From: Kondoa subrosea
Taxonomy: Eukaryota
Assembly (NCBI GenBank): GCA_039545335.1
Contig: BCIN01000001.1
Location: 558,001-622,000 of the forward strand
DNA: 64,000 bases
Direction: 5' to 3'
Positions 39,125 through 51,139 of the stretch are shown in pieces (position 1 is the stretch's first letter; the number at the start of each line of letters is the position of its first letter). The position numbers and the translations under genes are program-made. Below the pieces are notes generated by a model, which saw nothing but the letters and a program-made list of their open reading frames with translations, had not been told where the DNA came from and searched no databases.

Positions 39125-40522
39125 TCAATCATCTTCCCACTCAATTTGCTTAGGCCGTATCAGGACTGTTTGACCAATGTCGCAATAAAGGAATTCTCCC
39201 TCTTGATCGCACTGATCTTCAACTTTTCCAAACTTGATTTGTTTCCTCTGACAAGCCGCTTGAAGTTCTTTGAGCGGAACATCGATTGGTTCATAATTGG
39301 CTGAAATACCACCTCGTACACTGAAATCTCATCTTCCAGAATCAGAATAAGTAATTTGATACAAAAAGAAGAAGACGCACGTTCCGAAATGCATTGCAAT
39401 ACTTGTTTTCGCTCGAAGATCTTTAGCTATATCGACTGAATCCCAAGGAGCGCAATGAACAGAACTCATAAGTCCAACAGGATTGAAAAGACCAATAGGT
39501 AGAAGAGCTAGATCGATAGAGATGATTTGACCCAGATGAGCGAAAGTTGGATTGACAGGTAAATCTTTCAGACGATCTTCGCCGACATAAGGGGACGGTG
39601 GATTGATAGGAATATCTAAGGAAGGCGGAACGACTCGGTAACCCGTATCACCTAATATCAAGCATTCAAATTTGCGCATTAGTTTTCGGGATGAGGGACG
39701 GACCAGCGAAGAAACACGTCAATTCTTTCCCCTCTTTTTGATGTTTGAAACTCCAAGAGCACCATAGAGATACATCTTTGTCCGTCGGCGTTCGTGCACT
39801 ATTGTGCTGAGCAGGAGTACAATACACCTCAAAATGAGCGTTGACTGATCGACCTTCCCACCAGTCGAGTTGAATCACATTGGCTTCAGGACAACCAATA
39901 TTGGATAGAATCCACTTTTTCATGCCTAGTGGGACGAAATAGATGACTTTGGGATGCAAGGCAAAGAGTTCTTGTAATGCTGCAAGATCAGTATGATCGT
40001 AGTGATTATGACTGAGCGCAATGATGTCGATTTTGGGGAGCTCAGAGAGAGTACAAGGAGGTGGGGAATAGCGTTTTGGTCCTAGGAAAGAAACAGGTGA
40101 AGTGCTGCAAGCGAATGAATATCTTACCTGACGGCTATGGAGATGCTACGAACCGTTCCGCAAAGACTGGATCTGCTAATACAGTGATAGAAGGGAATTG
40201 CAACAGCCAACTCGCATGTCCTAGCCATGTCGCACGTAACTGATCGGCTGAAGGTGATTGAAAAACAGGCTTGATGACTTGAACAGGTCTGTCTTTTGGG
40301 TCACTTGGAACTGGGACCGGCGTGGGCTTCGAAAAAGCGGTCTTCACAGCATAAATTCAGACTTCGCTCATTCATGCTGGAAGTTGATCTCACCTTGCCG
40401 ACTTGCAATAGGCTGATTCCATTACCTGCAGAAGGCCAAGGATTGCGAAAGCCTTTGGCTGTGTGGTGTGCAAGTGGCTCGAAGGGATGCGAGAGAGAAG
40501 CAATTTTTTGGATTGACAACAT
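39125..40522 (-). CDS. N-acyl-phosphatidylethanolamine phospholipase D-like metallo-beta-lactamase (NAPE-PLD/Fmp30 family)
   Basis: FRNPW, ATWLGHAS, DPVFAERTSP..LGPKR, LSHNHYDH, TPAQHNSAR, LWCSW, FFAGDTGY, LPIG, AMHFGT. Confidence 0.9.
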
Positions 40523-40671
40523 GGAAATGTCTTTCGATAATGGAAGGGAATGAGTACAAGGGAATCGTAAGCCAGGGGGGTATTTGAGTCTATGTGGACC
40601 AGTCACGCGGTATAGCAGAGCCAGTGTTGGGGTATATTTTCGTTGTCACAGGTTGACCTCAGACAGCATTA
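40523..40671. promoter_or_regulatory. Probable bidirectional promoter (NAPE-PLD / UPF0047)
   Basis: About 150 bp between divergent start codons. Confidence 0.5.
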
Positions 40672-41674
40672 ATGCCAGCACAGAAGCTACTCACACTTGG
40701 AAGGCGTTCTAAAGGAGTTTACCGTTCGCTGCCTTGATGTCTTCTCTATTTTCTCTTCTTCTCTTGATGTTATCTGTCTTGCTTAGTTGTGACCGATGAA
40801 GTCAAGAAAGCTATCAGCTCTGAATTAGCGGGCTGCCAGTAGATCTTCTTCTTCTCTGCTCGTAAGAAACGCGTCTTAATAGCTGGCAGGATTGGACTCT
40901 TGCATCTCTTTATTCAACACACAAGTGCTGCGTTATCAATTAATGAGAATGTGAGTCCATCCTTGTTACCTCTAGCTACGAGGTTCTCAGCCTATGCACG
41001 ATAGTATGATCCGGAGTACGTCGAAGGATACCGGTGTCATCTGTTCTTATCGTTCCGCGATCAGCGTGAGGACGGATATGTCGAACATGTCATTTCATGC
41101 ATCAGACCGTATGATATCCGCTGACGCTTTCACTAGGCTGGATACTGTAGTACCAGAGAGCTTTCCATGGAAACATACGGACGAAGGCGTCCGTCTTACA
41201 TCTTCCGCTGCCCGATTTAAACACTGAATTCGAGACAGCCTGACGATTCGGCTTCGCATACTAAATCATCTATCATCGGTTCAAGCGTTTCAATACCTAG
41301 TAAGTTCTTTCACAACATCTTTGCCAGACCGCAGCTGAACGAAAGATCTGCTTGTAGTCATGAATGGCGTAGGTTTCTAACTCTTCGCAAATTTTTGGCA
41401 GACACTGACTGCGAGCTTACAGAAACTTGCTCTTGGCACCTGGCAAGATAAGCTATTATTCCTAGCAGTCTTCTTATGTTCGTGCTCATTGTTTCTTACG
41501 CATCTATCTGTGCGAATTTCGCGAGTGAGTCCCGTCGATTTCACGCGACGACTGTACACACTAACCGTCAAACTTAGGATGGCTCATACACGAAAGGTGA
41601 CACTCGCTTCTATCATATACCTGTGACGCTGCTGATTATCTCGTGGAAAGGTTGTTGCTACGATCATCCCATAA
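40672..41674 (+). CDS. UPF0047/YjbQ family protein, ~140 aa in 12 exons
   Basis: Spliced: KGVYLVTDEV...[29 protein letters not shown]...VVPE..PWKHTDEGPDDSASHTKSSIIGSSVSIPI.NGKLALGTWQGIYLCEFR...RKVVATI. Confidence 0.9.
41448..41499 (+). other. Non-canonical AT-AC intron (52 nt)
   Basis: tggcaag|ATAAGC...gctcattgtttcttAC|gcatctat; its removal restores the conserved GTWQGIYLCEF. Confidence 0.75.
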
Positions 41675-41853
41675 GGATATCCAAGGATATGCAAGGATAT
41701 CGCTTCAAGGGCGCGAGGAAGATGAATGTACATTAAATGAAGATCTTCTCTGTGCAGCTCGGCTTTGACAGTGTTTGCTCAGTGTTTCTCTGAATTGCAT
41801 ATTTCGACATGGCTCTGTTCTTGACTATTCACCACCAATACCCTTTGGCGAAG

Positions 41854-42727
41854 ATGAGCCTGAATTGCCTTATATCCAATCTACAACGGCAGACTCTGCA
41901 ATCCACCTCTTCCTACACTCCAGTCCTCTCCCGTTCTATGCGAAACGCAGCACTCAAAAAGCTTCGACTCTTCAACAAAGCCAGACCACCTCTTTCACCT
42001 AACCCAGTAGCTTCAGGCAATCCTAAAAGAGATGCTACAGTTTATGGAATACCCAGGACACCTGCAATGATGTCGAGGGAAGTAACGAAAGAGAAAGATT
42101 CAAGCGATGATCATCCTTTATGGGCTTTTTTCCCTACTAAACTGGCTTTCAATACACCTGATAGAGTAAAAGATAAAGCCAGTCAGTTTCATCTCAACCC
42201 TCGCAGAAAGTGCGATTTGTATTGAGCAAATATTTGGGAGCAGGTCGATCTTGGAGTGCAGCTGAACTGAGAGCGAAATCTTTTGAAGACTTGCATCATT
42301 TATGGTATATCTTACTCAAGGAACGGAATGCCCTGTATACGGAAGCTGAGGAATGGAGAAGATCTGAAGTTAGGTTAACTTTTGGCTTTATACAAACCAA
42401 GATCTATCGCGTGCGTTCGCCTTCTTGTCCTTTGATCGTACTCTTGGCTGATGAGGATGAGGATAGTGCCGGAAAGGAATGGCGAGAATTAAATATGTAT
42501 TGAACGAAAGGCGAAGAGCAGCTATTCAAGCGTCTGAGATCATGCAAGAGGAATCGAGAGCTACATTGACAGGAGAAGAGCAGAGAGATATAAATCCTAA
42601 CCTGTTCAAGAGGAGTAAGAATCCACGGCCAAGGAGATCGAAAGCTCTGCAAAGTAGTAGACTCGTGGTTGAGGATTTTATGGAAGCAGGGACGGCGCAT
42701 GAGCAGACTGCTATACCCGCTGCATAG
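41854..42727 (+). CDS. MRPL4: Mitochondrial ribosomal protein uL29m (MRP-L47 family)
   Basis: DHPLWAFF...[29 protein letters not shown]...[15 protein letters not shown]; alternative in-frame ATG at 41809. Confidence 0.92.
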
Positions 42728-43096
42728 AGGTTGGTCTGAAATCAATGTTCATCTCTCGCTGTACATTGAAATGCAATCCAACAGATAGCCTGAATGTATA
42801 ATCTGACATTTGTTCAATTGCATTTGACCGTGCCTCTTTGCTGTAGTCTTATCTGGCGTCACCGGTACTACATATGATATCCTACTGACTTGTGCGTCTG
42901 TTCAAACGCTTCGGCATATCGAATTGGATCTCTCATTTCGGACTCCAGCAGTGCAGACGGAACTTGTATGATAAGATTGAATATAACCTCGTGAATTATA
43001 TACTTTGCTATGCCCTATATACGATATGCAACGAAGACAAAGACGAAACAAACCCAAAAACACAAAAACGATCTATACCCGTGTATGCTGAATAAG

Positions 43097-45507
43097 TTAT
43101 TGTCCTTTCGAGATGTCATCAAAGCACTGCAAATATAATGCATCAGTTGCTGACATGCTGTAAGGACACGAGGAAACACCTACTTGACATAAATCCCTGT
43201 CAAAGACATCATCACCACACCGTTCTGCTATTGTCACATCATTACAATTGAAGATCACAGGCCAACTGCGCTCTAGCGCGTGACCGAAGAAGGGATTTGA
43301 AGAGCCAGTGTTGGTGCCTTGATAATGATAACTAGTTACCACATCAGGAGAGAACAAGTTCTGGAGCAAAATAGAGACTCACTCTGCTCCTTCTTCGTGG
43401 ATCCAGCTATCATCGCCTGCTTCTATGATTTCGTCAAGCGTTTCGTATTTTCGTAAAGGGTTCTCCAAAATACGTTTCCTGCTGACGACGAATTGAGCAG
43501 CATAGGCGCCAAGCTGAGGTGTCTTAGGACAGAGCTACCACAAATTATGCAATCAGTCCGTGTTCATAAGTAATCCATGAATCTCAGACAAACCTCTTCT
43601 CTGAAAATGGAGTACACTTGAGCCATTCGTGGATATTCACCATTCCCTCTCGTGTCATGCCCACATTCCATAGGCACGTATGGGCCAAAAGCCAAGTATC
43701 CGGTTTCATTGACGAAAAGAGGCATTCTTGGTCTCGATATCCAACCCCAGCTTAGATGACTATTTTTCGACATCTTCAGCATAAGCTTTGGCATCTTGTT
43801 ATAGTTTGCACACTCACGCTTGTAAGAACATGGTATGTTCTGCCAATTGCTGCTTTTGTTCCGTAGCAGAATTATTCCAGCTAAACCAACTCTTCCTTTT
43901 CGACGCTACCAATTTCTCTTCCGGTGTAGTAGGCATCGAAGCATTATATCTCGATATGATATGTCTCATATATGTTCCACCTTCTCTTCCATAATTGGCC
44001 AACCTGAGTACTTGATCTGCTCCTGTTTCCTGTTTCAACCATTCGGTAGCTACTTCATCTTCGGATGCTTTGGCATAAATGGTAAGGATAGGATTCTTCT
44101 CCATCACTTGAGGTATGGAGCGAATGTATTCCAGTTGTTCTTTAAGCTCGTTGATCGGGTCTTGGTAATATGCTATAACAATTTCCAGCTGAGGCGGTCC
44201 ATCAAGATTGGTCGCTCTCGAGAGTTGGTTGGACAGTGGCGATTGTTGAAAGAGCCAAAGACAGAGAGGCAAGAAGGATAAGAGCATGCTGATATTCAGT
44301 CGGCGCGGCGAAGTGAAAACAGACGACGCAGAGGAATCCAGAGTAATGTGGTTGTACTCATCTTGCACTTCTGTTGGGGAGAGCCACTCTTTGATGATTG
44401 CTACTGATGAGAGGCCGAAAGCAAGAGCCAAAACTAGCGTTTGACTAGAATGGGTGAGCATTTCTGGAGCAAAGACGATTGCGACAAAAGCTTTCATTCC
44501 GAAGATTAGAGGAAGATCGGCTAGTTCCATTAAAGTAACCATATTTGCCAAAGATATCTGTTCTAGTGCTGATATAATCGAATAGAAGGCGACTACTGAG
44601 ATTGATAGCGCTTCATGAGACTTTGGGTGAAAGATAGAATGTACGGGCAGCAGGGCGAATAATGATATCGTTGAACATGTGAAGGCGATCTGATGACACT
44701 ATTAGCGAGATCCAAACGGGACCAAGAAAGATTGCATACAGGTGAACAAGCTGTCAGCAGTACACCCGCTGTAACATTTTGATTATGTGACCAACTCTTG
44801 AGGAGGATGAGAGTGAGACCTTGGAAGAGTACGCCAAGCAGTGTGAGTATCGTACTCAAGAAATCGGCGTTGAACGAATTCAAGGCGAAACCAACACATG
44901 CTGAAGTGAGAATAACGAGTAAGGTTAGAGGCTGACTGGCTGTTGGTAAAGAGAGGTATGGTAGTATACAGAATATGAGAGGTGCTGAGAAGATGGGTAG
45001 AGCTTGAAGTAGGAGATCTGGCGTCTTGTGTGCTGCTAAGCAGTAGGCTGTAGCTGTAGCCGATGCACATATCGCTGCAGGTATGGCATGCCGCAGTGTA
45101 CTCGATACTGAATCATGTCCTGATAACCACTGCAGATTCTCGGAGGCTGATCTTCGCCTTGTATGAGGCAGAAGGAAAGGTGCTCGCGACAGCAGACTTG
45201 TCACAGCGAATCCAACAGGCAGCAGTAGAAGCGTCGCGTTCTTGCTCTCGCTGACACTTTCCTGTGAAGCTAAGTTTGAGACCGTAGCTGTTGTCAAACA
45301 ATTCGCCAAGATATATGCCGCTGCCCATATCAAAGCCGTTCTTGAAGGCGGCACTCCGACCAGCGCTGGCTTCTCCCTCTTGTCCCATGGCAGCACTTTG
45401 ATCTGCAAAGCTGAATCCACCATTGTATCTTCGCTCGAAGTTCGCGAAGCTGGTTCTGGCTTTTCTTTGGCTTCGAATGAGCGCTGGCCTGCACTGGAAT
45501 ATGCCAT
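43097..45507 (-). CDS. Polytopic membrane domain fused to a C-terminal DUF3431-like domain
   Basis: About 10 hydrophobic segments, then LEIVIAYYQD...LANYGREGGTYMRHIISRYN...LAEHTMFLQAH...AQFVVSRKRIL...GHALERSWPVIF. Confidence 0.75.
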
Positions 45508-45713
45508 CAAGGCTCAAGGTATCATCCAAGGGGTCACGCTTGGGGTATCTATCCTTGGATATCGCTGTGTTTGGAAAAAATGCGCAGTTCTGCGAATTCG
45601 AATTTGTTATTCAAGGCCGCGAGCCATTTGATGCCGCGGGAGTCAATGATTATATGATCAGCATATAATGTATGAGCAGTGTTTTACATTATGGTACAGG
45701 CCGCTACGATCGA

Positions 45714-47958
45714 TCACGGTCTTGTCTGTTCAGCTCCAGTTATCGCTTCTTGCTCTTTCGTAATTGTTGAAGTCGGAGTACTAATCTTTGCTGCTGAGTT
45801 GTGCTTTCCACCCATGTACAGAGCTACATGATCCATCAGTAACCAAGAAGCTGCCCAAAGAAACTATTCACTTACCACACAAAGGTACTGCGATCACGAA
45901 GAAGGCAACACAAATGCCAGCCATGATCTGCCAACCTTTTTTAGGACCACTAGCGTCCAGGATTTGCCCAGCCATGACTTGAAACCAGGTCAGAAACAGG
46001 CGCAGCGACGCACAAAGTGACTCACTTGGTCCGACAAGGCTGCCAAGACTGAAGCTTGCGTTGAAGAAACCGAAGACATGACCCGTCCTGACAATAAATC
46101 AGCATGGGTCATTGAGTAGGAGTCAACATCAACATCAACACACCCGAGCGAAGCCTTCTGCGTTGCCAACAAACTCAAATCGCTCAGCAGAGGTACCATT
46201 GTTGCGCCCAAGATGGAGCCTTGGAGTCCCAGTAGGACAACAAATCCAGCAGGTGGTAGCTGAGGTATAATCAACATTGCCAGAACTGGTGTGCCGATAG
46301 CTAGGACCAGTACAGTGATTTTGCGAGGTCCATGTCGGTCCGCATAGTATCCCGTTACTGAGCAAAAGTCAGCTCGTAAGGAATTCCGAATTGGAATGCA
46401 CTCACAAGGCGAAACGACGAAAGAGGGTGCAACTGCAGCGATGAAGACCCTATACTGAACATCAGCTTGGGCTCTCTACTCTCTTTTTTCGCGTACAGTC
46501 CCGCTTGTAAGCTTGAGTAGCCGTATTTGGCATTCAGGTAGATAGTCATTGCACCATCCTGTTACATTCATTGGTTCTCGCGTTATGATCAGAGTCGCGA
46601 AGCTCACCAACAGGCCGCCAAAAAGAATACCGTCTACCGAGCGCTGCTCAGCATAGTACGTCACTTCCATTCATTCAAATCCACTCACATATCACTGAGA
46701 GGTAAGCTGCCGTTAGCGCTCGAGGCTGACAAAGCATCCACCAAATAGCTTTCAGATGTTCCGTCTCTGATTCTTTAGGTTCGTCCGTTTCTGCTATGGG
46801 TAAATACGGATTTGAAGTAGGTAATCGACCTATAGGAGTCATCCATCGGAAAGCAGTCTTGTGTTCGACAATGAGTACTCGTAGGACGATATCTAGTATC
46901 AAGAGGGCGATAGCGAAGTAGAAAGGTGCATAGTAGCCACACTACATAAATGATCAGACCTAGAAGAGCCTGCGCTGCAGCGAGAAAGACCTTGTTATAC
47001 AGAACACCACCTTTGGAAATGGCTCAGAACAGAGCCGCACTCAGCAGCATAGCACGCGCACCTATCGGAGGACTATATGAAAGACAGATCAATTGAGTGT
47101 CGTATGCAATCTTACAGATTCACTGACCCAATCAAGCTGCCGACGGAAAATCCCTAAAATCACCTAGAAATGAACTTGGATCTCACTGATCACCATAAGG
47201 AATCGACGCACTATCATAGCCTGTCCTATAGTAACTCCAACCTTCTCCCTGCATTTCATATTAAAGCGTGTTCAGGATCGTATAAGATAGCTCGGCTTAC
47301 GGTTCACAAGAATCGCAGATCAACGCTAGACCTAGTGTCCATATCGCTGTGCCAGAGAAGCCTTGAAACACAAGCGGACATGAGCACAACACACTCGGAT
47401 TGGTCTCAAGGTGCAGCACCTTGTAATATCCTCGCAAGTAGCAATACCCAAAACTTCCGGCCCAGCATGAATAATATCACTGCTCCTATCATGAAGACCA
47501 AAGCGAAAACGAGAGCTTCACGTCGATGTTTGAGCTTTTCCCCAAGATAGCCAATCGGTGGTGAAGATACGAGGAGACCGCCAGCTTTTAAAGAGATCAG
47601 CAATTGAGTTAGGTAGGATAATTCATTGGTATATACCATATGCCGCAACTAGCCATCCAGTAAGAGAAGCTATGTTGTCGTAGCCAAGCACCCGCAACCT
47701 CTGATTTACTCATATGAGCGGTCATCAATCCAAGCGAAAGGTGTCACAGACGAATGGTACGACAGGTACAATCAAACCATACAGAGCTATGTCTACCATC
47801 AAACCAATACTCATCGAGAAAGTGATGAAGGGTGTAGAGGATCGCCAGCGCAAGAAGTAAGGTGCGGTTTTCATGGGTGCATATATTGAACCTTTCATGT
47901 CATCTGCAGTGGTCTCTGCAGGCACTCCTTCGACATTCTTGTTGGCAGCATCGGTCAT
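45714..47958 (-). CDS. MFS transporter (DHA1 / vesicular amine transporter-like), many introns
   Basis: WRSSTPFITFSMSIGLMVDIALYGLIVPVVPF, SPPIGYLGEK, LLARILQGFSG, GPPIGGVLY, LRVLIVE. Confidence 0.88.
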
Positions 47959-48203
47959 TTTATGGAACCGGCTGGACGATCTCAGTGCACAGGATATACA
48001 GCAGCAGCGGTTTGTGCGAATAGGCTGGTATATAAACAGTATGCCACAGTGTACAGGTATCCTATTATTCGGGTATGCAGTTGATCGTTTGCAAAAGAGT
48101 GCAAGAGATTGAGATTGAATGAAATAATGCAGAAATGCAATGCAGATGCAGAATGATGGCGACCTACCCTTATTTCTACAGCTTCGCCCAATCTTTACTA
48201 CCG

Positions 48204-49462
48204 TTATTCCTGTTTTCCAAAGCTTGCTCGTATTGCGCATAAGTGATTACTTTGCCCTGGCGAACTTCGGCAACGAGCTGATTCAAAGCCTAAGCAACCC
48301 GGCTTTAGCACACTCCATAAGACGAAAGTATCGTGACTCGCGTTGCGTTCCTTCTCATTCCTATTGCAGTTGACCCACCAACGATCCATTGACGACTGAA
48401 GCGTTCTTGAAGCGAGTTGCTATTCATTCCGGGTTAAGAATGAGTTCGGACAGTATCAGCCAAATCAGTCACCTGATGTTCCGATTGCTCATGCAGCACA
48501 AACAAAATGAAAGCTGCAGGGTATTCATCAAAACCGAATTCGATAAGTGATTTCATGATTCGACTGATTCGAAGATAGTTGTGCGAAGAGCGATTCAAGT
48601 TGGAATAGCGAGCTGTGTAATTGTTTTCGTTCCTTTTCAATTTGCCCGTATCTTCGTCAACCAGTTCCATGCCGAACTACTCGGGCTTAGCTGGATAACA
48701 AACATGTAGGGAGGGTTGACTCACGAAATCAAGAATCAGACGATAGGAAGCAAGCTGCCAGTCACTTTTAGATTACGCTCCCCTACTGTTTGCGCGAAGA
48801 GACTCACGAAGCGGGCTTTGATCTCAGCATCATTACGGATTGAATCGATTTCTGAGCGCTGTAAGGGAACGCTTTCCCAGTTCATTCCATTCTCTTGACT
48901 GGTGGCATGTTTCTGATATGCTTTCATCAAAAAGAAGCTCCTGGCTTACATTGGAAACTGTAGATTATGGGTGCGTACAAATGAGCAATCGAACTCAATG
49001 CGGACGATCAGACCTACGAGCCACTGAATAAAGCCATGATACGATTCCAGAATGTCATAAGCGCCTGGTAGATAGCACTTTTGAGGCAAGTAGAAGCTTG
49101 AAAGACCTTGTCTACCTTTCCATTCTGAATGCATCTCTTCGACCAACAGACCATCACTGTAGGAGTATGAGATCATTCGACATGGAGCATCCATGAGTAT
49201 ACCAGACGCCTACGGTCTGGATTTTCTAGTGTTTTGATAGAACTCCAAATCTGCTCGCAGTTCAGCTAGCGGACCAGTCAAGAAAAGGGAGAGGCGCCGC
49301 ACTATCAGAGGAGTGTGCGTCGCGCTGACCAGGATAATCCTGAATGAAAGCTAGAACATCGCGAGGTAGATTCAAAGTCTGTGACATTGCGCGTTTGAAC
49401 GTAAGCACGGGAAGAGCAGGCAAGAGAGTTCGGGTGAATAGAAGAGAGGCTCTGATGAGCAT
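48204..49462 (-). CDS. Opioid growth factor receptor (OGFr) conserved-domain protein
   Basis: NLEFYQN...YDILESYHGFIQWLFPIQENGMN...YRLILDFFGMEL...RYSNLNRSSHNYLRISRIMKSL; second in-frame ATG at 49387. Confidence 0.85.
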
Positions 49463-49677
49463 ATACTAGAGGAACAAAGCACAGCGTGAGTCCAGAGCAG
49501 CCTTGATTGGACGATGCTCTTCAAGCTTCAAGTCGAATATTATTTTGGTTTTGTGGATGATGCAGTAGTGCAAGAATAATGCAAAACCTATAAGATTACA
49601 AGATTACTATAACAGTAGTTAAAAGACACGTCTCGGCACGAGGTCTTCGCCAATTGCTTCTGGCACATTAAGCGACA

Positions 49678-50952
49678 TCAATGATAACTGCCTAATGTAC
49701 TTTGAGATGGTGCAAAAGATAGCTTGATGGAGTTGGTACGCTGAGAAGCCAGACTAAATCAAGTGCACATAGCTTGCTTATGAGAAAACTCACACGCATT
49801 TGTACCGAGCGGAGGTCCGGCGTCCGAGAAAGGTTCAGGCTGCACGAGCTGCTGCTGTTCTATTGCTTGATGCGCTAAGAGCTGGCTGGATAGCTAATCA
49901 AAAGTTTGAGCTAAAGCCTACTCAAAGAGATTGTTCAAATTTACCTCTAGTGCAGATCCTTCGGTTTTCCAATAGCCTCCTTATAATTTGGTCGCTTGAG
50001 CTCTTACTCCACTGCCAACCCGTTGCTCTATCACCATGTCTCTCCCTTCTCCCAAAGTTGAGCTCGCTGGACCAAACGCTGCTTTTCGTTCCTTTTCAAG
50101 CATAAGTTGCCAAGTTTGCATTCGCATTCCGCTACATGATTACTTAGCCGAGAGCACAACAAGACGAAGCGAGACGTACTGTAAAGCAGCTTTGACAGCC
50201 TGTAATTCCTCTTGCAATCTCATACTCTCGCTCATAGTTTGCATCTCAGTTCTAATCTCCACAGTAGAAACAGCTTGGGAGATTTCTTGCACCTGTTGCT
50301 CCAATGCATCCAATCTTCTTCTCGTGAGCTCTTGCGACTCCAGTCTAGCTGTCCCACTTTGATCCAGTTCCAGTTGTAGAGAATCGACTTTCGCTCTGAG
50401 AAGCGTGTTCTCATCTTCCAGTAGCGAGAAGCGATCTTCGAAACGCGTAAAGAGGCCTTTGATGCTTTCATACGGGCAAACTTCGAGATGTGATGCTTGA
50501 TCACTGCGTTTGATTCGAGCAGGACAGCCATAAGCGGCATGCGGACAAGGAGAAGTGATTTGAGAGCAAGAAAGGAGATGTGCAGGTAGAGGTTCTTGCA
50601 GGGAAAGAGAGCAGTATTCGCAGATCAGAGGCAATTCTTCCTCTTCAATGGCTTTGCTCGAACATGCGTGACCCGGATAAGCTTCCCTTCGACCTGACCA
50701 TGTACATTCCGTGCATCTCACTTGAAGATCATCCAACAGATCCTGAATTAGCTGGGGAGCGCTCCGAACCTGCGACATGCGGACAGCTTGGCGATCTATT
50801 GGACAGATAGAAGATAAAGATAGAGATCTGTTTAGGCATGCCGAGCAAAAGATGTGCATGCATTCAGCTGGGAAGACTGGGCCTTGAAGCGGTTGCTTGC
50901 AGATTGGGCAGTCTAACGAGTCTGGAGTCGCAGCAGCGTATTCAAAGGTCAT
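49678..50952 (-). CDS. RING + TRAF-type zinc finger + coiled-coil E3 ligase
   Basis: CPIC...CMHIFCSAC...CPIDR; LDDLQVRC; CEYC...HLLSC; CPHAAYGC...HLEVCPYE; 3' end approximate. Confidence 0.85.
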
Positions 50953-51139
50953 AGCTGTGGTCGGCAAGCCTTGATAGCAGGGTATAGCTGTAGCAGGTAT
51001 AAATGGCCTTGTTCAATGGTTCGAGACAAGATGCGAAGTGCATGATATTGCGGAGGATGAGGCGAAGTGTTAGCTCAGATCTGATTGGCAGTGAAGGCAA
51101 GCGATAGACAACAGGCTACTGCCATCAATCTCGTTTCGT

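Noticed and set aside
39125..49462. Possible metabolic gene cluster (NAPE-PLD, DUF3431 fusion, MFS, OGFr)
   Set aside because: Interrupted by housekeeping genes, no backbone enzyme or cluster regulator
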